The notes below the pieces were generated by a model. The model saw only the letters and a list, made by a program, of their open reading frames with translations, made no database searches and was not told the DNA's origin. From positions 49,284 to 113,283 of the forward strand of contig NMRA01000225.1 of the NCBI GenBank assembly GCA_002633005.1: a DNA stretch of 64,000 bases, in the 5' to 3' direction. Position 1 is the stretch's first letter. Each line of letters begins with the position of its first letter. The stretch comes from Phoronis australis (Eukaryota > Animalia > Phoronida). The translations under genes were made by a program, and so were the position numbers. Below are positions 25,661 to 38,474 of this stretch, one piece after another.

Positions 25661-26193
25661 CATCCCATTCGTCTTCATCTAAGTATCTAGTGAACAAATC
25701 TTGCTTTCTGTTCACTATCTGGTTCTCTCTTAGACACCATTGCTAAATTTTCTCTCGCACACCTGCATGACCCATGANACCCATAAGTGGATGTGCATCC
25801 AATTCAGTTCTCGTTAGGGCTTCATATCCCTGTGTTTTATAGCCTTAGATGTCAATGAAGTTTTTTTGCAAATAACATGTTCTAATAAATAGTAGTTGCT
25901 ATACTCTCTCGTTTTAAGAATTCGATCTTTTGGAGCATTTTGAACTTCCAAAAGGTTGCAAAGAATATTTGAATGTTAGGTTTTATTTCAAATAAAACAT
26001 TAATTCATTTTGAAAAATGATAGTTTTGAAATATTTTTTTTGTTTTTATAGCACTTGACTTCAAATTTACAACTGAGTCATTAAACGTGATTAGGCACAA
26101 ACTCAACTTAGGGTAAACATTATTTGTGCCCACAATTTAGGATACTTAAATCCACTGGCAAGCCTTGTAGAACTCTGTCTAGCTTCAATGCCA

Positions 26194-28898
26194 TTTTTTA
26201 TGTGCCCACATATTTATGCGTCCACATACTTATATGTGGACGCATTATGCGTCATCTCCGTCCGTCCGGCGTCTGTCCGGCATCCGTCCAGCGTCCGTCC
26301 GACGTCCGCTGCTCTATCTCCAAAATGCTTTGTTGTACGTTGTACATATGTTCCTATCATGGATGGGACGACATGATCGAACTTTCGGACGGATCCGACT
26401 ACCGGTGTGCCCCCTAGTGGCAATTTTAGTTTTTTCCGCTTACCTCATCTTCAAAGGTCCTATACGTATTTTCATAAAATTTGACGTATAGGCATCTATT
26501 GGTGAGATGACACTGTCCTCCCGTTTTCGGATGGATTCGACGTAGTTTGCGCCACCTAGTGGCCATTTTTGCTGTTTTCGAGTCTGTTTTTTGGCGTACA
26601 CTCCTTTGTCAACCAAACCGCTCTAAAGATGATCGTGATAATTGGCATGTATGTTTTTATTATGAAGAGGACGGTTGACGATAATTTTCTGACGATTTCG
26701 ACTACTGTGGCACCTCCTAGTGGTAGTTTTGTCTCTTTTTGTGCCCATGGCTGTTTCTCCTAAACCGTTGGCAAGAACTTTACTAGATTCTGCAAGTGCA
26801 TTTATGTGATGTTGACAATGGTTAATGACGACTTTCTGAAGGATCTGACTACCAGTGTGCCCCCTAGTGGCAATTTAATATTTTTACATTTACCTCTGTA
26901 TCTTCAAAGGTCCTCAAGGTATTTTCATAAAATTTTGGAACATAGGCGCCTATTAGTGAGATGACGCTATCCTCCCGTGTTTGGACGGATTCGACGAAAT
27001 TTGCGCCACCTAGTGGCCATTTTTGCTGTTTTCAAGTCTGTTTTTTGGCGTCCACCCCTCTATCAACCAAACCGCTCTAAGGATGATTGTGGAAATTGGC
27101 ATGTATGTTTTTATTATGAAGAGGACGGCTGACGATGATTTTTCACCAATTTCGACCCCTGTGGCACCTCCTAGTGGCAGTTTTTTTTCTCTTTTTGCAC
27201 CCATGGCTGTATCTCCTAAACTGATGGCAGGATCTTTACTAAATTCTGCAAGCATATTCATATGATGTTGACAAGCAATGATGACAACTTTCGGAGAGAT
27301 CTGACTACCAGTGTGCCCCCTAGTGGCAATTTATGTTTTTACGTTTACCTCAGTCTGTATCTTCAAAAGTCCTCAACGTATTTTCATAAAATTTGAAACA
27401 TAGGTACCTATTAGTGAGATGAAGCTATCCTCCCATTTTCGGTAGTTTGATGTAGTTTGCATCACCTAGTGGCCATTTATACTGTTTTTTAGTGTCCACC
27501 CCTCTATCAACCAAACCGCACTTAGGATGATTGTGAAAATTGGCATGTATGTTCTTACTACGAAGCTGACAATGATTTACCAATGACTTCGACTATTGTG
27601 GTGCCTCCTAGTGACAGTTTTGTTTTTTTTTTGCACCCAAGGCTGTATCTCCTAAACGGTTTGCAGCATCTTTGCTAAATTTAGCAAGTGTATTTATATG
27701 ATGTTAACAACGGATGACAACTTTCGGACGGATCTGACAACCAGTGTGCCCCGTTTGGCTTACTTCTGTATCTTTAAAGGTCCTCAACGGATTATCAAAA
27801 AGTTTGGAATAAGGCATTTATTGGTGAGATGATGCTATCCTCCCGCTTTGGGATGAAATCGAGGAACTTTTGCACCATCTGGTGGCCATTATTCCTGTTT
27901 TCGAGTCTTGTTTTTTGGCGTTCACCCCTTGATCAACCAAACCATTCTGAGGATGACTTTGAAAATTGGTATATGTTATATATTCTCAGTCTGAAGAGGA
28001 TGGTTGACAACAACACATTCAACTACTGTAACGCCTCCTAGTGGTAGTTTTGTTTTATTTTGTTTTGTGCCCATAGCTGCATCTCCTAAACTCACTGCAG
28101 GATCTTTATTATTCAGTTTATTATTTTTATATGAAGCTAACAACAGATGACGACAAAAGTGGCAATTTCATTATTTTTTGTTTTCCTTTGTTTCTCTGAA
28201 GTTCCTTGACAGATTTTTATCGTAATCTATTTTGCCCGGGGTACGCCACGAGCTATGTTACAGAGTAAAACAAGAGGAGGATTGCGAGTAATGTCATTTA
28301 TTATGACGTAATTAGATAAAACTATAAATAAGACTCCGCAAGATGGGCATGGACACAAAAGGCCTCAGGCGTCTATAATGAATAGCCCTGAAAGATGGAA
28401 CCAAAGCAAAAGAACTGCCTGAAGGGCTTATACGAAAAGTACAGAACATGAACACATAAGTTGAAAACACCTAAAAGGAATTGTATATGAGAAAACTTAA
28501 GAGAAAAGTGTAACCGTCACCCGGAATAGGTAGTTGGGAAAAAAAACTGCAGAAATTACGAACAAAGGTCTTGTAGACGACGAGGTAGATGGCTGAATGA
28601 GAGAAACCATGTTGAACTGAAAAAAGGAAATATGGGCGACCAATCGTGTCGCATAGAAAAATGTATCAATACAAAAGTAGGCCCTTGAGGCTATAAATAG
28701 AGATGAGTAATGCAAAATAAACCCTAAGGGTTGATATCAAAATAAAGAGACAAATGTCAAAATAATGGCAATATATGCATTTAACAAGTTAAATTTAATT
28801 TATGAAATTTGCTTAATAGCTTTCTATAAATAACCCTAAAAGCACGGCATTTACAATGCAATCGTGGGTGCATTTCAACGCTCTGTGTTGCTCTTGTT
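26194..28898 (+). mobile_element. Family A HINE-like element, best-preserved copy, with about four ~450-bp higher-order repeats
   Basis: Perfect 13-bp hairpin ATGCGTCCACATA/TATGTGGACGCAT (26216-26245), (GTCC)n tract, repeat anchors at ~26398, 26848, 27304 and 27737, 3' subterminal gtgggtgcat plus stem-loop caacgctctgtgttg and ctcttgtt. Interrupted by an unrelated insert at ~28222-28798. Confidence 0.75.
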
Positions 28899-28919
28899 AT
28901 CATTTTCTGTCATTTCCAG

Positions 28920-29070
28920 ACGCTCTCCCTAAGAGTTGGCAACACTGGCTATGCCACATCTGATGCTAGCATCACTCTACTGCCCCACATCAGTGGTGTC
29001 TACCCCACATCCGGCTCTGTGTATGGTGGCACAAAAGTCACCATCACTGGACATGGCTTCAAGTATATGA
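28920..29070 (+). CDS. PKHD1L1: PKHD1L1-like exon 16 (TLSLRVGNTG…PTSGSVYGGTKVTITGHGFKYM)
   Basis: catttccag acceptor, gtaaga donor, phase 0 to 1. Confidence 0.9.
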
Positions 29071-29169
29071 GTAAGACTTTGGTCAAACTTCTTGTTGCAG
29101 TTATTGTCCTTATAATTTGTTTTAACAGAGTTGCTTGGATGTGACGGTCTCAGAGGAATCTTTGTTGTA

Positions 29170-29476
29170 CTTGTTTCTTCGTAAGGAATGAGCAGTTAAC
29201 CAATAAAGACATCAAACAACATAATGAGGCTCAGGTTGGTTTCCTGACATTGGGAGGCATAGCCCCGAGTTATTTGGGACAGGTCAGCGAAGAGCTATAA
29301 AGAGATATCAGACTTTATACCACAATATCAGCTTCGAATCGCCAATACAACCATGTAATAACCCATTTAGTTGTCTCACTAGTGAGATAACATTTTGGCG
29401 GGAATCGAGGCCGGTTTAGAACCCGGTCCGCAAGAGTTTCCAGTCGTCGACTTCACCACTGCACCACTCAGCGGCT
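29170..29476 (-). mobile_element. tRNA-derived SINE
   Basis: Minus-strand head AGCCGCTGAG-TGGTGCAGTGG (A box) … GGTTCTAAACC (B-box-like); no proper cloverleaf; 3' boundary approximate. Confidence 0.55.
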
Positions 29477-30383
29477 GACGTCATTAAACGTGAAAATAGA
29501 ATACTTAAATGAGCACGCACAACAATCGCATGTGTAACAGAGGGCATTGTACCGACATTTAGAAGGTATAAAAATAACACGCATAATTTCCATAAAAACG
29601 ATATGTTAATTCAGTAAAATTTGTCTCTCATTTTCTCTCACTTGTAAATCACCGATCTCCAATTTGAATGCGGGTATCGTGTTGTCAGGATCCTTCGACT
29701 TGAGCATTATACTGAGTTACCAATGGTAACATACTTTTGCAGACGATCTCTCGGTCGAAGCTTAGCATGATTAAATGTGTAGTAAGCTAAGATTAGTTGC
29801 TAAACCTTATATAGATTCACTTTCTTTCCATTTTGTTTAAACTTTCAATTGGTTTTGAGTAAAATCGTTATTAGACAAAAATAGCTTGGCTTTTCTAAAA
29901 GGTCACGACCTCCGACCCCAGGCCTCTGACATACAAAGTAGTTACAAAGCCGAGGCAAGTCCGGAAAGGTAGATCGTTTCATTGCAATGTTTATCGTTCA
30001 ATGTGGTGTATTTGTTCTCAGTTGTTATCCCCCCTATCTAGAGCCCTCGTGGATTTTGTAGGGATAACGACTGAGAACATGTAATAATCTAGATATATCT
30101 GTACCATTTTTCATTTTTCTAGTATCATCGTGATTGCCAATCGTTTATGCAAAAGCAATATATGAACGCCATGAATTTGGTATAAAATCATAGCCACTAC
30201 ACTAACTCATACGTTGCAGCCTGAAACATGTGCAGCAGAGCAGCTAAAAATATAGTGGCAGTGTGGTATTTCTGGACATGTCTGTTGTCAGAGAGGACCT
30301 GCTTATTTAGTTAAATGTGCTACAGAAACTGTATGTTTTAAGAAATATATCAGATTATGTTTTATCATATTCACTTGTTTCAG

Positions 30384-31352
30384 CTGGATTTAATCTGGGT
30401 GCTGATACCCGTGGTATTGTCTTCAAGAACTACAGCAAGGTAGTCTTCAAGACTGGAGGAACTGATGGATTCGACAAGTCTGTTGTGTTCAAACTGTTCG
30501 CTGGTGATCAACGAGAATTCCCCTGCATTCCATTTGACGCCTGCAAGTTCACTTATACCCAGTCTAGCACGCCTAAAGTGACATCTGTTTCACCTGAACA
30601 AATGAGTGGACCAACTGTACTCACCTTTATTGGCAACAATTTTGGAAGGGACATTGCCAAAGCCTCAGTGTATCTTGGAATCAGTACATGCGTTGTCACC
30701 AATGTTAGTGACAGCCAGATCACGTGTGATGTTTCTTATCTAGAAGGTGGTGATAATTATGCCAAGGTTCACATTGATGGTAAAGGTGATTCCAAGTCTG
30801 ACAAGAAGGTATTCGGTAAACGTAACATTGATGATGTGATTCCACGTGAAGGTAGTATTGCCGGCGGAACACTGATCCAAATCACTGGTAATGGTTTCAA
30901 AACTGGTGCAACATCAGTTACAGTGGATGGAAAAGACTGTCCAGTCACTCAATTGAGGCTTTCCTCGATCACCTGTAGGTCTCCGCCTGGAAAAGCCGCT
31001 TGGGTTCCCCTCCGTGTCGTATCTGGCAGCAAAAATTTCCCTCCCACATCATTTAAGTACACTCATGAGGACACCCCTAGCTTGACCAGCATCAGCCCCA
31101 TCTCTGGGGAGGCAGGACGGGAGATCACCTTGAAAGGTGATGGTTTTGGCTCTATTGTCGAGGTCACCATCAACTCATCTCCCTGTAAGCAAACCAGTTT
31201 AACTAATACAGAGATCAAGTGTAAAGCTGGTTCCAACCCCCCAGGAATGTATGATGTCCAGGTGTACGTTCAAAACAAGGGTTATGCCATGGCCTCCTCA
31301 CCTCTACAATTCAGTTATGTACTGTCTATCACATCCATCTCTCCTGACAAAG
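30384..31352 (+). CDS. PKHD1L1: PKHD1L1-like exon 17, 969 nt, containing three complete IPT/TIG repeats plus flanking parts
   Basis: Inside ORF 30317-31387; ttgtttcag acceptor, AAG|gtaggc donor, phase 1 to 1. Confidence 0.95.
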
Positions 31353-31539
31353 GTAGGCTGCATTCATTGATCTGTGTTTTCGTGTAAATGCTAACCTTGT
31401 GGCTTGATTCAGCCAAATCGACACAACACCAAAATTGTGTCTATATGCAAGTGATTGCCTCAGTTCAATGTTTGCTAGGAAGAAGGTGTCGATCTGGTGT
31501 AGCTGTACCACTTGCACTCAGTACATAATATGTACTTAA

Positions 31540-33519
31540 AGGAGAATGCCACCCGATTTAATTAGTCTTTTTTTACCATCTTAATCGTTCTATATCCAAA
31601 TCATCACATATACGGTCGATCTTACCTCACCAAGAGGTGTCGCGTTAACCTGTAAGGAAGGTGAGAAACGACGCAGCGACATCAGTGGTTCTTTGGTGAA
31701 TGCCGCTATGGTGTGGTATGTTGTTCCCGCTTGTACGAACTATGAAGCTGCGAGGAAAGCGGGTATATCGTTTTTTCAATTTTCTCAAGAGCCTATAATA
31801 CTTGGAAGTGGCTCGCGCTAGTGAAGAATGAAAAGTACACCGTTGATACCAAGTATGAGGCCGTGAAACTTTTCCTTGTCTGTCAGTGGCCTGCATTCTG
31901 TTGGATCGGTTGTTGATCAGTTTTTGATTATGGAGAATTGTATTTGGCCATGAAAACATAAACAATTACTATTAATTCAAGGCATGAGAACATTATAACA
32001 TTTTATATGACCTGTTTGATGACTGACTTGTTCGTTAGACTTGGTCCTCTGGGGGTAGGATGTTTTCGCCAGTTCTTTTTCTCAGTCCTAAAAAAACATC
32101 GTAAGAACACCTTTTTTAGATGCGGTGCAAAATCAGGATGGTCCGTGAGACACATCTGCGCTTCTCCAAGAATTCGTTTCACTTGTGGAATTTTCTGGCA
32201 GCAAACGTCGTTCCATTATGATGCAGTTAGCTCACTGACACCATGACAAGTCATTCAAACAGTTTTCACACTGACCTATTCATATGTTCTGTTGTCTGTG
32301 CACTTTCACAGAGCCTTTCTAATATTTCTTGATCTGTGTAATCTCGTGAAACCTAACAATCGACCTGTGAAGTCTTCGTCCGATGAGCACTCATCTAAGT
32401 CAGGATTGCAAGTTGCCACGATGACGTTTATATTTTGCTTCTGTTTTAAAATGATATATTCTCACCTTAACCAATGCTTATATAAAACTGAAACAAAGTC
32501 TGTCTCATTAGATACAATTTGTAATGCTTTGGAGTGTTCGTGAGTGCAAACGTTTTGAGAAGCCAGCAATGAATAAATCACTGCGTTACCGGCTTTTGAT
32601 GCAATGCTGAAACCGACTAAATGACCGGGCACCGAGGCCGTGTGAGCACATCAGTTTGTTTGCTGACAGAAAGATAGCTGTTGTGAAACAATAACTCCAT
32701 TTTATATGCTATGGTCAGATGTTAGGGGAATCTTTAGATATTCATATACATTATTTGAATCATTGTTAATGTACAACTTTTGCCCTGACGATTTTGCGAA
32801 AGGGTAACCTGACTTCGTGGCCCCTGACGAGCTAGTAAGTAGATTTGCAGTTTCGCGGCTAATTCACCAAAATAATCAGTGTGCACATTTTTTCTTTGGC
32901 TCACTAGTATAGTCTTTTCGTGACTGGAAGTTTAGTTTTCAACTTTGGCTGGTTTATGTTCGTGATGTCTTCAGTCCGGCCGCGGTGGGCCTGATCGGGT
33001 TTCGAGCCACTGGCCGCAATATCAAGCGTTTTGTGTGTTTAGAACTGAAGTCTAAAATCACAACATGCAGCTATGTTCTTCTGTCTGTATTTCACGAACG
33101 AATAATTTGAATTTATCACCAAAAGACCCCAAACTCCCGCGACGGACCTTGTGGTAAATCGACTTACCGAACTTTATAGGCTACGATACGTTCAAATACC
33201 TAAAAATCTGTAACAGCAAAACAAAATAATGTGTTTGTTTAATAACTTGATCAATGCATTTGTAAGGGTTTTACATAGAATTTTGATGGTTTATTGGTGT
33301 AAAACGATGAATTCAAGCGATAAGCTGACACCAGTAAGCATGTTGTGAACTGCTGAACAGACTGCATTTCGAACCTCTGGTGTCATCAGTTAATTTCAAC
33401 CCCTCCGTCTGCCGTTAAGTGTCATGTAAAAGAGCTGTACTTGCTGTTATTGAGTGGAACTACTTGATCTAAATTGATACAAAATAAGTTGTTTTTTTGG
33501 GTGGCATATAATTTCTCCT
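31540..33519. mobile_element. Non-autonomous Kolobok-like element with TTAA target site
   Basis: TTAA|AGGAGAATGCCACCC … GGGTGGCA(tataat)TTCTCCT|TTAA. Confidence 0.7.
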
Positions 33520-33523
33520 TTAA

Positions 33524-35814
33524 AGGTCAAGTATGGTGCCAAAATGACTATTTTTACATCTAAAATACATTTATTGATGAAAAACATCAAACTACTGTGT
33601 CATAGCATACCTAAGTTGTTGATTAAGTATTAAGCCTTTGACAAGCCCCATCACGAACCCCATTTAGCGCCAAAAAAACTTGAGACGGTGTTTGCACTAA
33701 TCAAAGTCTATGACATCATCGTTACAACGAATTTGGCTTTCACCGTGTCTCCAGAGTATTGGAATCAAGAGATGACTGGCCATTTAATTTAGTGCAAAAT
33801 ACGTGGAAAATCAAGGAAACATTAATTTTTCATTTCATGTCAGTTAATATTAAAATTAATCAAAATCACTACCTTTAGAATTTTTATTCAATTATTTAGC
33901 ACACATTCTAATATGGGCCCATATGGGAATCCCTGGGAGTGTGACTGGGGCCGTCGAAATAGCCGGAAATTAACAAAACGCTTCGTCTGAAGTGTTAACA
34001 GCAATTTCACAATGTTTATTATAAAGTGTAATTTGTTTCATACAAAAACTTTGGTGTTAGCAACATTCCATTCATGTCTTTTTGAAGCCGAAGGTGTGAA
34101 CGCTGCGCGATTCCAATACGGACAGCTGTCGAGTGTGTGTCCCGTATTGGTATAGACGACAATAGGCTGTTTAATTTGGTGCGAAATACTTGGAAATGTT
34201 ACTGCACATATCAGCTTGATCTTTTCGTACAATGCAATTTGTATTCAAATTCATTGAAAATTTAGAAACTCAATTTTCAAAATAACTCACCTTGAAATGC
34301 TGCAACCCGTAATCGCCGCCATTTTGAGTCGGTCAAACTCAAAAAATTGAAAATTTAACAGCAACACAACATTGTGCGTGTCTGTAATAAATTAAAACTA
34401 AGAAATAAAGTCTGTATTGCATGAAAACATACCCAGTCATAAGAATTTGTAATCAATTGAATGTTTTAAATTCAGTATCAGAATTCCGTTAGGCCTTCGC
34501 AACAACGACCCAAATCAATATACGGGAACGACCCAAATCAGACAGAATATTCCAGATTTGGGTGGGATTCTGTATACTATGGGCCGGAACGGTGACATGA
34601 AACGTCGAAGTGCACACTGCAAATTTTTTGGAGCCCACCTGAGCTAGCTGTTTGAAAACTAATCGCTAAAATACAGCTAGGTAACACTGTGACTTGAGCT
34701 CTGTTAAACCATAGACTATAGACTGTAGTCTATCACGAAATTTCATTCAGACCGGGTATGAGTTGTGTTAGTCAACTCGTGAAACATATCACAGAGCCAA
34801 CGACAGACGGCCGGGGTCCATGCAAAATCTGGGAGACAATTCGGACACTCACCTTGCCCATTCAGTGCCAGTCGTTTAAGGGAAGAACAATCTCTCCGCC
34901 TTTTGAGTTTTGTAACAAAGAAAGTCTGTTGTTGTTTTGAAAACGGTACGCTCATGACACGCGCACGCGCCATACTAAAATTTTGCGACTACTTTTGGGA
35001 CATGATAACAGCTTCGCAGCAGTAAAGTTTGTTCTAAATTCAGTTTGCTGGTCTTAAAAAATGTTAATAACTTGTAACGAAATGAGACCAGTTCTGACAA
35101 TTTGTTGTGACAGTACGCAACCTCGTGGCAGCAAAGAACAGTTGATAAAAAAATAACCGGGGGGAAAAGAAACTGTTCAGGTCAGGTGACGTAATCGCCA
35201 AACGCCGACTCCCAAGAGCGCACTTCAATTTTAGCAGTAGATGAGCAGTAGAATGATAATTCTTCCAACACCGGTAAAGAATTTGGTTTACTCAACTATT
35301 TCTGCGTCAGATTTTATTTAGTCCTTTTTACCCATATCGAAGTGAAGGTGTAGATTTTGTATACAGCTTTGCACCAAGCCTAAATCAGATCTTGCCACCA
35401 GGAAAGTTTGTTGCCAGGCCTTCTCGTGGATACGAATCTATACCACGCACGGCACACAACGTCTCGGTGGGGAAGTTGTGCAAATGTATCCCATTGCCGC
35501 TGACATTGCTACACCCGCACACCACGCAAAGAGACATTTTAGCCCAGAGGTCGACAAGCACAGAACGTCCAAGAATACACTCAGGTGTTACGCAGTGTGG
35601 CTCCCCAGTAAATTCGTGGCCATGATGTCATATGAACCACTTTACGCTGATTGGTTGAGATTTTTCCTGGGGCGCTCGAAGGGGCTACGAATTATGAGCG
35701 GTGTAATTTGCGTCATAATTAATTACTTTCCGTGGTATGTAAGAAGCAAAAACAATATTCCTTATGAACAATACATAGGTTTCTAGCTGGTGTTTTAGCC
35801 GCTGGATGCTGTCT
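33524..35814. mobile_element. Further TTAA-type (Kolobok-like) element remnants
   Basis: Left end TTAA|AGGTCAAG directly after the previous element; a non-matching right end …GCTGTCT|TTAA at 35814, so probably a composite. Confidence 0.35.
34840..35390 (+). repeat. Family B-related fragment
   Basis: tcaccttgccc…tttgtaacaaagaaa…acagcttcgcagcag…ttttacccatatcg…tatacagctttgcaccaag. Confidence 0.6.
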
Positions 35815-36185
35815 TTAATATAATTTCAATCCTCACGTCTTTCTCTGTGTATTCAACACTGCGTGGACATGACTCTGCATGCCAGTCTGCATGAGTGGCT
35901 GATTGGATTTCTGTATGCACTGGAGATACTTCAAATTGATTATTTCATGGAAATACCAAATAGAAATAATTACAAAGTGTTACAATACCATTCTATAACC
36001 CTCAATTGCATGTTACCAAACTATTTACACAGTAATTTTTTCTTTATCTTTGTTTTTTCTTGCAAAATTTGACAAATAATAAAAGTTCATGTTTCAGCCT
36101 TTTTGGGAGATGAACAGGTCTGGAGAAGAATTCACCTTTTTGGGAACTGTAACTGTTAATCACGTGTAACTTTGTCTTGAAACAG

Positions 36186-36326
36186 GAAGTCAATGCGGCG
36201 GTAATAGTCTGACCATCACTGGCTCTGGGTTTGTTGAAAACAAGACAGCCGTGTCCATCTGTGGCAAAGAGTGCGAAATCACAAGTATGACGTCATCTCG
36301 AATTGTCTGTGAAACACCGCCTAGCA
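36186..36326 (+). CDS. PKHD1L1: PKHD1L1-like exon 18, IPT/TIG (GSQCGGNSLTITGSGF…IVCETPPS)
   Basis: aaacag acceptor, gtaagt donor, phase 1 to 1. Confidence 0.92.
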
Positions 36327-37030
36327 GTAAGTGTCAACTGTCTGGTTCTGTCATATTACCGGTATGTGTGCATTGGTTTAAGCTGTCGTAAACGTATCTT
36401 CTGTGAAGCAGCGAATTCTTAGTAATTCAGACCACTTACCTGACTGTATAAAACTGGTTGTTTTTTCTTTAGTTATAGGTTTAATTTTGTACACGCGCTC
36501 CCCTAAGGAAAGAGCTTGAGATCACGATGGGTATGGCTATCCAAACAGTGTAAACCTATCTTAATTAAGTCATTGTTTTGAAGGGATGGACTCCATCGTG
36601 AACAATTAGCTTGATGCTGATGATGAAAACATATGGTCACACCACATCTCGTGGATTTGGATTCAATGTCTTTTAAACCATAGAGGTACCCAGGACTAGA
36701 CATGATCTACCCTATATTGGTGTAAGAGGATGGAATACCATTCCATCTACTTACAGCAACCTGTGTAGCCAATCTTAGATTAGGTTGCATGTCCCCAAGA
36801 ATTAAACAGGATAGTATTCATTCGTAGACCAGGGAAGAACTCATACTTGACTAAGTCCTTCAGGCCTCAATCTTAACATCTTCCTTCTCAAAGGGCTCAG
36901 GAAAGGTTCATAACGTGGCATCTTGATAAAATGGTGTGCAAAACAGGCTTCGAAACAATCAGTATTTCTTATAGACTGGGATTCTCTAGGCTCAACATCA
37001 TCTGGTTGCTAGACTGGAAAAGTTGGGTTT

Positions 37031-37714
37031 TGTCAGAATATAGACTGATACTGTTTTTATTTGTATTGTTTTGTTTTGTTTTTCTATTTGATAGACATGA
37101 CCCTTGAGTTAAGTACATTGATGAGATGTAATTTGTTTACTACAGAATAGTATGGAACTTTCTAGGAGACTCTAGCATGTCAGTGATTAATTCAGTCTGG
37201 AATATTCTAGAGACTAGTACATGTTTGTAGAATTGTTGGGTAGATTCAGGAAAGTTCTAGTATGTGCTTGAATTGATGAAAAATTCTAGAACAATGCATT
37301 AGACTTTAAGCACGGGTTTGTAGTAGTCAGATCAAGTCAGTTCAAGAAAGTTAATCAGGAGAATTGCAGTTGAGTTGCAGTGAAGAGAATCAGCAGTTAC
37401 TGCGATAGTCAATAGAGAGCCAACTATAGAGACAGCAGGTTATTGAATCAACAAGTGTAACAGTTGCTGAACGTGTCTCAGAAGTTCATCACAAGTCAAG
37501 GCTTCGCAGCACTGGCTGGAGCATAGAACAGACATTACGTCGCACGTTTTGTTTGAGTAGGCTTGTGAACGTAGCAATATTAAGCATGATGTGATCTGAG
37601 TAACACTAAACCACTTTAAAGTGAACAGGTGTTTCTTCAACGTGCACTGAAGCCAATCTGACTGCTTGTCTGGAGGGTGTCAGTGTGATGGGCACATCAC
37701 CAATTGAACATCAC
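37031..37714. mobile_element. Possible solo LTR
   Basis: TG…CA ends and TTCTAGA-rich internal repeats; no matching TSD seen. Confidence 0.3.
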
Positions 37715-38474
37715 AGGGTGGCATTGCCTCACCTACCTTCTTCAACATGGTTACGGTTAATGGCCTACTTCGACAGTTATCAGCTGACATGGGTCCAAGC
37801 TTTTATGTTCAAGCCTAATTCAGATGATATTTTTCTCGTTGTGTACAGCATCCATTCTGATATGTTGCTACCTTGCTCAGAGAGCACTGAATACAGCAGC
37901 CACATAGGCTATAAGTCGGCTTTGAAATTAATGCGGACAGGAAAACATACTAGTTGATTATTTTCACCTGGAACCTTAAATGGTCAAATGCTGTGTCAGT
38001 ATAGGTAATGACATTGGAACAAAGTACTGTCAGTTGTTAAGTGAACAAACTTAATCTGCTGAAACATCCAGCTTGTGCGTGTGCATCACATCTGCTTTTC
38101 CAGGATTTATGCCTTCTGCGCTGTCTCAGAAAAATAATTGCTCTACACCACTGTACGTATACCTTGAAGGTGATGCCACATGTGCAGTGCTTTGTCTCAG
38201 ATAATGGTCTTTGGGTGAAAATTCACATCCCTGATTCTGTTGCACACAGAAGTACACCAGGAATGTGACTGCAGTAAGCTGAGATGTTCAAAACTGGGCA
38301 ACTATTGAAAACGTCTCGTGATGTCCAGATCGCTGCTTTAAATCATACAAACAATTCTTTCATAGAGATTGGTGACTGTGCAGAACACAAGAATGAGATA
38401 GTCTGTTACATAGACGGCTCTAAATTTGAAAATAATCCATCAGATGCTGGAATGGATTTTCCAAGCCTAATCCT

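Noticed and set aside
25778-25778. Single ambiguous base n
   Set aside because: Assembly or sequencing ambiguity with no biological meaning.
26569-27265. Repeated short ORFs (MLFSSLFFGV…) as a small gene family
   Set aside because: They are translations of the satellite unit; frames and stops are not conserved between copies.
26398-28200. Regularly spaced conserved motifs as a CRISPR array
   Set aside because: The spacers are themselves homologous satellite monomers, the context is a spliceosomal intron, and there are no cas genes.
29400-29476. tRNA gene
   Set aside because: A/B boxes are present, but no acceptor stem or cloverleaf could be formed; better read as a SINE head.
37720-38460. 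LINE-like peptides (minus-strand FLSALI…RMDAVHN; plus-strand VCYIDGSK)
   Set aside because: Short, on opposite strands and too degraded to call with confidence.
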